64,000 nt of DNA, taken from positions 31,384-95,383 of the forward strand of contig JAZTZO010000045.1 of assembly GCA_045637505.1 (NCBI GenBank), in the 5' to 3' direction. Positions within the stretch are counted from its first letter, which is position 1; each line of letters begins with the position of its first letter. Made by a program: the position numbers and the translations under genes. Below are positions 27,187-34,407 of this stretch, one piece after another. The notes below the pieces were generated by a model. It did no database searches. It was not told the origin of the DNA and saw nothing but the letters and a program-made list of their open reading frames with translations. The stretch comes from Muribaculaceae bacterium (GTDB lineage Bacteria > Bacteroidota > Bacteroidia > Bacteroidales > Muribaculaceae).

Positions 27187-27579
27187 TTAATCAAGAATGC
27201 GAGAAAGGTGGTTTACAAATTCGATATACTCTTTGTAACCAGTTTCAACGTGGTGAATTTTGCCATTTTTGTAGAACACCAAAGTAGGGATTGAAGAAAT
27301 ACCGAGGTAGTTGGCCCATTCTTGGTTGTTTTTTACATTGAGGTCAACGCGATAGAAATCGATTTGTCCAGCATATTCTTTAGCAGCTTTACCCATCACA
27401 GCTTCCATAGCTTTGCAAGGGCCACACCATGTTGCATAGAAGTCGAGAACGATGGGGCGTTCAGCCTTTGGAAGAATTTCTTTAGTAAATGTTGTGTAAT
27501 CGATTTCTTTCACTTCTTGAGCTTCGCTATTGAATGCAAAAGCGAAAATCATGCTCATAATTAGGAGAATTTTTTTCAT
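27187..27579 (-). CDS. Thioredoxin-family protein with signal peptide
   Basis: WCGPC active site. The N-terminus is MKKILLIMSMIFAFAFNSEA. Confidence 0.85.
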   Translation of the reverse strand: MKKILLIMSMIFAFAFNSEAQEVKEIDYTTFTKEILPKAERPIVLDFYATWCGPCKAMEAVMGKAAKEYAGQIDFYRVDLNVKNNQEWANYLGISSIPTLVFYKNGKIHHVETGYKEYIEFVNHLSRILD

Positions 27580-27632
27580 AAATTGCGAAATATTAAAGGG
27601 GGTAATTCAACCCCCAAGGTTGATAATTGTCG

Positions 27633-27640
27633 CAAAGGTA
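27633..27640 (-). promoter_or_regulatory. Candidate -7 box TACCTTTG for thioredoxin
   Basis: The plus strand reads caaaggta, 54 nt upstream of the ATG at 27579. Confidence 0.3.
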
Positions 27641-27922
27641 GTATAAAGATTTGAAAATTGAAAGTTGATAGTTGAGAAATTTTTATTTTAGAGGTATTTT
27701 TCTTGTCAATTTAGTGTCAAAAGGCATTGCTCCAGTATCAATAATAGCCACTAAATGTGACACTACATAGCACCGATTTAAGTGAATTTCTCCCTCAATA
27801 ATTGTAAAAACGGAATTTCTCTCGTTGAAAGGACGGAAATCGGAAGAAAATAAGAGGGTTTTGTTAAAAATGTGGTTGAAAAAATTTGGAGAATATTGAC
27901 AAAATATTGTAATTTTCCCCTC

Positions 27923-28006
27923 GATAATCGCAAAAACGTGGGAAAATGGTGGTTTGATAATCGCAAAAACGTGGGAAAGTAGTGGTTTGATAATCGCAAA
28001 AACGTG
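27923..28006. repeat. 33-bp tandem direct repeat, 2.5 copies
   Basis: gataatcgcaaaaacgtgggaaaatggtggttt (27923-27955), gataatcgcaaaaacgtgggaaagtagtggttt (27956-27988) and gataatcgcaaaaacgtg (27989-28006). Related single motifs occur at 27796-27813 and 27622-27638. Confidence 0.85.
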
Positions 28007-28016
28007 ATTTTGAAAG

Positions 28017-28180
28017 ATGAAACGCAAGATTTACAGCAAGTTAGCCGAGTGGAAACAACAAGAGCAAGGATAAACTATTGAAAAATCAAGAAACACACCC
28101 CAATCGTAATACACTACAATGACCTAAAAGAAGATGATGGGATTCTCTATCTTCCAATATATGACACCGTTGTTGTAGGG
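28017..28180 (+). pseudogene. Probable relic of an AAA ATPase (AAA_14/DUF4143-type) gene with a large internal deletion
   Basis: ATG at 28017 encodes MKRKIYSKLAEWKQQEQG followed by a stop, which resembles the usual N-terminus of this ATPase family (M..RKI...L..WK). A second frame from 28082 reads KIKKHTPIVIHYNDLKEDDGILYLPIYDTVVV, which resembles the family C-terminus. Recognition is from memory of family sequences only. Confidence 0.3.
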
Positions 28181-28182
28181 AG

Positions 28183-28224
28183 AAAAAATAAAACACAGAG
28201 GATTTTTGACTCTGTGTTTTTAAG
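28183..28224 (-). terminator. Terminator of the lipoprotein cluster (bidirectional shape)
   Basis: Hairpin aaacacagag-gatttttgac-ctctgtgttt, with an A-run before it and a T-run after it. Confidence 0.5.
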
Positions 28225-28244
28225 AGGAAAGATATTACTTATGT

Positions 28245-28778
28245 TTATTCGTGTAAGATCTCTTTGATTGTATTGTCAAATTGTTGTTGGTCAAAACTTA
28301 ATTTTGCTTCTTCATCCTCTAAGAACGCGGCTTCCATTGCTTCGTAAACGTCAATTTTAGATAATTGAATAGTAACATATGCGCGGAAAATATTGTCATT
28401 TGTTAATGTAATTCGATCACAAATGACAATGGATTCATGTAGAGTTGTATTAGAAGTGAGGATTAGCCGGTCTTCTATTTTAGGATTAATATTATTCTTA
28501 ACAGCTTTTCGGTATCTTTTAGTAAAAGAGTCTACAACAGTCGATAATGTAGCAGATAATTCAGCTCTAGCAACTGCAATGGCCTTGTCTTTGGCCATCT
28601 GTCTATCTGAGCTTTCTGCAAAAGCGTTTGCATAAAAATAATCGTCATCAGTTGTGTAATGGCATAGTTGGGCTAGCTCTTTTTCATCATCGTTAGGTTT
28701 TGGAGTATTTTTGTTAGAAGAGCATGAACAAATTAAAATACATGAAATTGCAATTGAAATAATATTAAATCGTTTCAT
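28245..28778 (-). CDS. Lipoprotein, LPP20-like
   Basis: The start is moved to the ATG at 28778, giving MKRFNIISIAISCILICSC (lipobox-like). FYANAFAESSDRQMAKDKAIAVARAELSATLSTVV resembles the LPP20 domain. Confidence 0.55.
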   Translation of the reverse strand: MKRFNIISIAISCILICSCSSNKNTPKPNDDEKELAQLCHYTTDDDYFYANAFAESSDRQMAKDKAIAVARAELSATLSTVVDSFTKRYRKAVKNNINPKIEDRLILTSNTTLHESIVICDRITLTNDNIFRAYVTIQLSKIDVYEAMEAAFLEDEEAKLSFDQQQFDNTIKEILHE

Positions 28779-28806
28779 TTTAAAATAATTAAAAGTTAAT
28801 AAATCA

Positions 28807-30243
28807 TTATAGGTCTGGGGTAGATGAAATCTCTTCAAAATCTTCTAATTCGTCTTCAAAATTTTCATATTCTGGATTAACAATAACTCGTTTTGTGAAT
28901 CGTGCTTCTTTAAGCATTTTTTCTAACTGAGGTTTTAATCTTTTGAAAAGATCTCGTTGAGCAGTTGTCTTTATTTTTGATTTAGAAGATTTTATTGGAG
29001 CTAATGATCGAATATCGTTAATTGAAACAGAGGTAATAATACGTTCGGTATTTAGTTCTGAAAGTGTTATAGTACAAGACGCATATGTTTCAACCATGTC
29101 ATATAACTCTCCTTTTACAATGCCCCCTTTTTTGACTTGTGTATTAATGACAATGCGAACATCTGCACTATCTTCTTCGTTGACAATGTCAAAGTAATTT
29201 TGTGCAAGATAGTTGGATACGGAATTTGTCAAACTAGAGCAATTATTGTCAAAAGAAAATATTACTGCACGCAAAGAGGTGTCTTCTATAACTAAGGGAA
29301 GAGTTGTATATGGGGCATTAGCATAAAGTTGTTTTATTATAAAGTTATCTTTATCATATCCTAATTTGTCAAGATTTAAAGAAATTTTTAACTCTTGATA
29401 TGCTAATTTAGAAGATATGTTTGAAATAATAATATCGGTTGTCCCATTTTCGTTTGTTTTTGCATTGGGAGGAATTTCCCCAATCCCTTTGACGAATGAA
29501 ATGGATAGAGGAACATCGTTAAGTGGATTACCATTTGATGTAACAAATACCTTTACATTGTAGGCATTATTACTTAATGGGGCAAATGATATAATATTAG
29601 GGTCGGTTGAGATATTTACATCTTTGAAAATAGATTCAAGAGAGTTAAATATTTCAACGGGAAGGTTGATGGTTTGTTTAGAAGAAACGGTATAAGGGAG
29701 ATAACGATTAGAGTATTGCTCAATTTGTTTCATCGCTTTGATGTAAAATTGAGAAGCTCCAATAATATTGCCTTGTTGTTTTAGATAGTTTCCTTTACTC
29801 CAAAAATCATAGGCATGTTGAGTCGCATTGGAAATTCGAGTTTCAATAATATCAGCATATTCTTGTTTGTCTAATTGATAGTATGACCAATAAAATTGGC
29901 CATCATTCCATGTTTCTACGAGTTCGTAACCTTCAAGGTTAGCTGAGGTTGATGTTTTGATTAGATTTTTGAATTCTTCAAAATATTCTTTATTGATTTC
30001 TTGTCGATGAAAAAGAGAATTGCTTTCAACGTTAATTTGAATTTCACTTGTCAAATCGTTTAGAGCCATTTCTTTTGACTTTTGAATATAATCATCTCCA
30101 GAAATAGGTGCCATGCCTATCCCAATGTAGTACATTGAGTTCGTAGGTTTTGATTTTACCCAATTAGGCGTTTTTGCAGATATATTAGGAGTTGTTATAA
30201 ATAATAATGTGAGTAAAAAAACTAAAGTTCTCATATGGTTCAA
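28807..30243 (-). CDS. Secreted multi-domain protein with N-terminal LPP20-like domain
   Basis: Signal peptide MNHMRTLVFLLTLLFITTPNISA. PNWVKSKPTNSMYYIGIGMAP...SKEMALNDLTSEIQINVESNS is LPP20-type. The middle has an Ig/CarboxypepD_reg-like stretch (YNVKVFVTSNGNPLNDVPLSISF). The C-terminal domain is LRAVIFSFDN...DVRIVINTQVKKG. Confidence 0.6.
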   Translation of the reverse strand: MNHMRTLVFLLTLLFITTPNISAKTPNWVKSKPTNSMYYIGIGMAPISGDDYIQKSKEMALNDLTSEIQINVESNSLFHRQEINKEYFEEFKNLIKTSTSANLEGYELVETWNDGQFYWSYYQLDKQEYADIIETRISNATQHAYDFWSKGNYLKQQGNIIGASQFYIKAMKQIEQYSNRYLPYTVSSKQTINLPVEIFNSLESIFKDVNISTDPNIISFAPLSNNAYNVKVFVTSNGNPLNDVPLSISFVKGIGEIPPNAKTNENGTTDIIISNISSKLAYQELKISLNLDKLGYDKDNFIIKQLYANAPYTTLPLVIEDTSLRAVIFSFDNNCSSLTNSVSNYLAQNYFDIVNEEDSADVRIVINTQVKKGGIVKGELYDMVETYASCTITLSELNTERIITSVSINDIRSLAPIKSSKSKIKTTAQRDLFKRLKPQLEKMLKEARFTKRVIVNPEYENFEDELEDFEEISSTPDL

Positions 30244-31505
30244 TCAGAAATAGTTATATAAATAGAATGTCCGTCAACTCGGTCAATTGCATTAATGCCT
30301 TTACGTTTGAGATATATGCGTAATTTTGCTGCAAAATCAGCGATGTCTTGAGTTAATCCGTCTTCGTCCTTAGTTGGGACTTTTATGTTGTCAAATATAA
30401 TTGTATTTGCTGTTTTTCCTTGCATATGATATATTCCATTTTCAGCATATGATTTAATCCATTTACGAATATAATCAGAAATTCCATATCCGGAATCGCT
30501 AATCTCGTCATCTAGTGTTTTATAAGAATTTTCATCAATAGAAACATAGATTGCGGCAGTGTGGCCTTGCTCAGGAATTTTGTTTAGTTCTGTGCAAACT
30601 TCGTCAAGGAATGATTTCGATATTTTTTGTATTGCTAATGCACAAAGATTATCAAAGTCTGAGTTTGCATAGCCAGTTACTTTTGAGATATCCGAAGCAA
30701 GAGCAGTTCCTGTTGCATTGTGAATAGCTTTTATAGTTAGACTAACTGATGGGGTATTGTGTCCGTGGCTTTTTTTTATATCAACGGTTACGTAAACATC
30801 CGCGCCACTATTTCTTACGATTTGATCGTCAAAAGAATTAGCAGAAGAGGCTTCCATTTGGATTACACGCATCATGGCGTTATATTTTGCTTCAAAATCG
30901 ATAGTATTAATTTTTTGTTTGTCAAATTCTTCTTGAACCTTTGCTACTGCTATACGTTTGTCGAAGTCTGTTTCTAATACGTGCTTATAGGTCTGATAAT
31001 CAGTTTTATATGGCACTACCATTATGGTTGGCATAATTTTTTGTACATTATTTTCAACTTGAACTGATTTAGGTTTAATTACTTTGCTATTATTGAGGTC
31101 TCTCAATAAGGACTTATGATATATGCCAACAATAATTGTTGTTTCATAAAATCCAAGACTATTTTTTTTAGGTTTTTCTATCTCTTTGAAATCTTTTAAG
31201 AAAACTGTGTATCTATCATTGTCATACAAACGAGAGAAATAGTCAATGTTTTCAGTTCGTTGTGATTCTTGTAATATTGGCTCTCCGTTATTGATACCAT
31301 TAATGCCTCCAAAAAGATAAGTGTCAAAGGCTGATTTTATGGCAAGTTTTACAACTGTTTTTTTCTCGATAGAAGAAGCCGTAACTTTAAGAGATAAAAC
31401 GTTTCCATTGTCAGAAATGAAAGATACATTACGAGAAAAATTATTTGCCGTAGAGAATGGTATTGAAAATAAGATTGAACAGAGTAACAGTATAAATTTA
31501 TGCAT
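30240..31505 (-). CDS. Secreted hypothetical protein
   Basis: Signal peptide MHKFILLLCSILFSIPFSTA. There is a 4-bp overlap with the downstream gene. I recognise no catalytic motif. Confidence 0.6.
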   Translation of the reverse strand: MHKFILLLCSILFSIPFSTANNFSRNVSFISDNGNVLSLKVTASSIEKKTVVKLAIKSAFDTYLFGGINGINNGEPILQESQRTENIDYFSRLYDNDRYTVFLKDFKEIEKPKKNSLGFYETTIIVGIYHKSLLRDLNNSKVIKPKSVQVENNVQKIMPTIMVVPYKTDYQTYKHVLETDFDKRIAVAKVQEEFDKQKINTIDFEAKYNAMMRVIQMEASSANSFDDQIVRNSGADVYVTVDIKKSHGHNTPSVSLTIKAIHNATGTALASDISKVTGYANSDFDNLCALAIQKISKSFLDEVCTELNKIPEQGHTAAIYVSIDENSYKTLDDEISDSGYGISDYIRKWIKSYAENGIYHMQGKTANTIIFDNIKVPTKDEDGLTQDIADFAAKLRIYLKRKGINAIDRVDGHSIYITISD

Positions 31506-31576
31506 AGATTTTAGTTTTAAAAAGAGGCTGTACTACAAACCAAGTACAGCCTCGACATTATTGTTTTGGGATATAA

Positions 31577-32350
31577 TTATAGTCCGAAGATGTTCTTGTT
31601 TACTTTGCTTATAACAGACGTATTACGATTTTCGTTAATAGCTGCATTGATTTCTTTTCCGCCTTTTGTAACTTTACATAAAGACAAGTCGCCTGCTTCA
31701 ACTGCTTCAACTTTTATTTCTCCAATGAGTTTATTTACTTTTCGTCCTGCAACTTCTTTTTCAATATATACGTCCAATTTTTGACCTTTCAAAATACCAT
31801 TATCACTACCTATATTAATGTATAGTTTTTTCGCTTCATCTTTCTTTGCTTCAGATATTTCTACGATGCTACCTTTAAGTTTAAATGTTTCTTCAATAAA
31901 GTCTTTGAGTTGAGTACTGATAAAATCGATAGCAGCATTTACGGCATCTTTTTCTGTTGAGTAAGAAGAGAGAAAAGTTGGGCTTGTAGCTTCAAATGTT
32001 TTATTTGCTATTAAATTTTTGTTTGATAATTCAGTAACTTTTAGTTGGTATGCAACTTTTGCGGTGTAGTTGATATTTCCTTTTGTATCAGTTTTGCGAG
32101 TGCAAGTAAAAGAAACAACATGTCCGTCAAGAACATAAGTAGAAGATAAACCAGCATCACTATTCGCTTCAACAATATTAAGGCGAGCCATGTTAGACAC
32201 TCCTTCAATAACTTTGTTGCGAACTGCAACTGAATAATTTTCTCCTACACTTGTAGCATAGGTGAAATTGTTGATTGTAATTGATTCTTTTTGTGCAAAA
32301 ACTCCAATGGTAGAGAATAAGGCAACAAGTGCCATTACGATTTTTTTCAT
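31577..32350 (-). CDS. Secreted hypothetical protein, CsgG/LpoB-like N-terminal pattern plus C-terminal beta-domain
   Basis: Signal peptide MKKIVMALVALFSTIGVFAQ. ITINNFTYATSVGENYSVAVRNKVIEGVSNMARLNIVE is followed by GSIVEISEAKKDEAKKLYINIGSDNGILKGQKLDVY. Confidence 0.6.
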   Translation of the reverse strand: MKKIVMALVALFSTIGVFAQKESITINNFTYATSVGENYSVAVRNKVIEGVSNMARLNIVEANSDAGLSSTYVLDGHVVSFTCTRKTDTKGNINYTAKVAYQLKVTELSNKNLIANKTFEATSPTFLSSYSTEKDAVNAAIDFISTQLKDFIEETFKLKGSIVEISEAKKDEAKKLYINIGSDNGILKGQKLDVYIEKEVAGRKVNKLIGEIKVEAVEAGDLSLCKVTKGGKEINAAINENRNTSVISKVNKNIFGL

Positions 32351-32390
32351 TGTTATAATTATTTTAGTTAGTGATTAATTGATTTCTTTG

Positions 32391-32398
32391 CAAATTTA
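32391..32398 (-). promoter_or_regulatory. Candidate -7 box TAAATTTG for the lipoprotein cluster
   Basis: The plus strand reads caaattta, 41 nt upstream of the ATG at 32350. Confidence 0.35.
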
Positions 32399-32463
32399 AA
32401 GGTTTGTTATTGGATTGGTTGGTGGTTGTGCGTAAAGAAGTTTTACGGAAGTGTCAAAAGATT

Positions 32464-32688
32464 TTACGGTGTGTGGTCGCTATTGGATGTGAGGGAGGTG
32501 GTGTAGTATTGGAAAAAGTCGTGGTTAAGGGCTTGTGATATGCGTAGGAGAAGGTCGGTGTTAATCGATGGTTGTGAGAAGATATAATACACGTTGGGAC
32601 GCTCGCAGTTTATTTTGCGAGCAAGCCAAGTGGGGGTGCGTTCTTGGCGGTCGAGTTCTTGACGTATGAGTTGTCCTATATGTATCAT
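32464..32688 (-). CDS. Small helix-turn-helix DNA-binding protein (XRE-like)
   Basis: The start is moved to the ATG at 32688. MIHIGQLIRQELDRQERTPTWLARKINCERPNVYYIFSQPSINTDLLLRISQAL has the HTH_3-type layout. The 30 extra codons of the track ORF look non-native. Confidence 0.6.
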   Translation of the reverse strand: MIHIGQLIRQELDRQERTPTWLARKINCERPNVYYIFSQPSINTDLLLRISQALNHDFFQYYTTSLTSNSDHTP

Positions 32689-33005
32689 AAAAAAGGCGAA
32701 ATTATTTGTTGCCAATCTACACCTGAGGTACCGCCAAGCACCCGAAACCCAGAAAAGCACACAAATAATCACGCCCATAAGGCATGAACATTTGAGAGAT
32801 GCTTATTCTCAGAGTTTCTTCAAATTGGCGGTTTTCAGATGTGAGAATAAGAGCCCAAAAGCTCACAATATTGTTATGTTGTTAAAATGTTAATGTTTGT
32901 TTTGTGAAAAACGTTTTTAAGTTAAATAATTTAGAACATATTTTGAAAATATCTTATTTGCAAAGGTAGTTATAATTCGTGACTTAAAATAAATATCTCT
33001 AAATC

Positions 33006-33416
33006 TTACTCTGATTTTTTCAAGAAGAATATGCGATAAATGAAATTTTTATCAATGGTGAGGATGCATTGTTCTCCTTTTTGTTCAAAGGCTCGAGCAA
33101 GGGTGATGATATTGTCGTGGCCTGTGCCGTCAATGTCGGTGAGGTATAGTTTGTCGCCACTGATACGATATTTATAACGAAGGTCGCCCAAGTCGTTGCC
33201 TTGCCATGAGAGAGTGGTGTTTTGAGGATGGAACTCAAGTATCTCAATGTGTGTGGGCTCTTCTTGGGTTGTCATTTGTCCATCTTGCCACAATCCATAT
33301 CGAATGAGTCGATAAGAAAAGCCTTCGTCGGCATCTTTGATACATGCGTTCCAATCTTGTGCAAAAGATATTAGTGTGACGAGTAAAAGCGAAAGAGTGA
33401 TTATAGCCTTTTTCAT
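33006..33416 (-). CDS. Secreted hypothetical protein
   Basis: The start is moved to the ATG at 33416 (MKKAIITLSLLLVTLISFAQ). I recognise no motif. Confidence 0.55.
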   Translation of the reverse strand: MKKAIITLSLLLVTLISFAQDWNACIKDADEGFSYRLIRYGLWQDGQMTTQEEPTHIEILEFHPQNTTLSWQGNDLGDLRYKYRISGDKLYLTDIDGTGHDNIITLARAFEQKGEQCILTIDKNFIYRIFFLKKSE

Positions 33417-33437
33417 TTTGAAATATTTAGTTTCTTG

Positions 33438-33445
33438 CAAAGATA
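33438..33445 (-). promoter_or_regulatory. Candidate -7 box TATCTTTG
   Basis: The plus strand reads caaagata, 22 nt upstream of the ATG at 33416. Confidence 0.35.
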
Positions 33446-33506
33446 ATGAAAATAGAATTATATGGTATAAAAATTGTTAGTTTTAGGTGGGTGAAAGATT
33501 GATAAT

Positions 33507-33537
33507 TTTGTTGTTAGCGGCTTTTTGATTAATTTTG
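33507..33537 (+). promoter_or_regulatory. Candidate Bacteroidota promoter, -33 TTTG plus -7 TAATTTTG
   Basis: TTTG at 33507-33510, a 19-nt spacer, then TAATTTTG at 33530-33537, 25 nt upstream of the ATG at 33562. Confidence 0.5.
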
Positions 33538-33561
33538 TGGTGATAATTATCATTATATTTC

Positions 33562-34407
33562 ATGAGTCAACAAGAAACACCTATAAAACGCACGGTTCTC
33601 GACTATAACGACATCTCGCAGATGGTGCCTTGGTTTAAGGGCAAGGAGAAGTTTGTGAATCGGTTGCTTAAATTTCTGTCGGTCGATAAGGTGAATTGGA
33701 TTCACGACCATAATTGTGATGTTCAAGGAGCTGAATTTACCACTGGGTTGTTGCGCGATTTGGATATAAAATTGCGTATCGACAACGAGCAACGATTAGA
33801 CAATCTGCCCGAGGGTGCGTTTATCACGGTGAGCAACCACCCCTTTGGTGCGTTGGATGGAATTACATTGATAAATCTCATAGGCACGCGTCGTCCGCAG
33901 TTTAAGGTGATGGTGAATATGATATTAAATTATATCAGTGCAATGCGCCCCAGTTTCATTGCCGTAGATGCGTTGGCGAGTGATGACCCCAAGAAAAAGG
34001 CGGTGTCGATGCAGGGTATCAAGAGCGCCATTATGCAAGTGCGTCGAGGCAATCCCATAGGTTTTTTCCCTGCAGGTGCAGTGTCGAAGGTGAATTTCAA
34101 GGGCCAGCTCAACGACCGCGAGTGGCAACCAACTATCATTCGCCTCATTCAGCAAATGAAAGTTCCGGTGATTCCTATCTATTTTCATGGTAGCAATAGT
34201 TGGTGGTTTAACTTCTTGGGAGTGGTGTGCTGGCAGTTGCGCACATTGCGATTGCCTGCCGAGGTGTTTCGCAAGAAAGGCGCTACGCTTCATGTGTCGA
34301 TAGGTGAGCCTATCACGGTAGAGGAGCAAGAGCAACACTCTGGCTCATTAGAAGAATTAGGGAAGTATTTAAAAGATAAAACATACGAATTACGCAAATG
34401 CCGATAG
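33562..34407 (+). CDS. Lysophospholipid (PlsC-superfamily) acyltransferase
   Basis: The catalytic block is VSNHPFGALDG, followed by GFFPAG and a conserved downstream VPVIPIYF. Confidence 0.7.
   Translation: MSQQETPIKRTVLDYNDISQMVPWFKGKEKFVNRLLKFLSVDKVNWIHDHNCDVQGAEFTTGLLRDLDIKLRIDNEQRLDNLPEGAFITVSNHPFGALDGITLINLIGTRRPQFKVMVNMILNYISAMRPSFIAVDALASDDPKKKAVSMQGIKSAIMQVRRGNPIGFFPAGAVSKVNFKGQLNDREWQPTIIRLIQQMKVPVIPIYFHGSNSWWFNFLGVVCWQLRTLRLPAEVFRKKGATLHVSIGEPITVEEQEQHSGSLEELGKYLKDKTYELRKCR

Noticed and set aside
27042-27287. 81-aa plus-strand ORF after the tRNAs
   Set aside because: It starts inside the tRNA terminator hairpin and overlaps the thioredoxin gene antisense.
27683-28027. 114-aa minus-strand ORF with repeated peptide HVFAIIKP..S
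   Set aside because: It is a translation artefact of the 33-bp DNA tandem repeat. It has no credible start context, promoter or domain, and it runs across an obvious non-coding repeat array.
26857-33000. Integrated prophage or ICE at the tRNA-Asn genes
   Set aside because: There is no integrase, recombinase, phage structural or conjugation gene, and no repeat of the tRNA 3' end at the distal boundary. Only the compositional signal remains, and it is reported separately.
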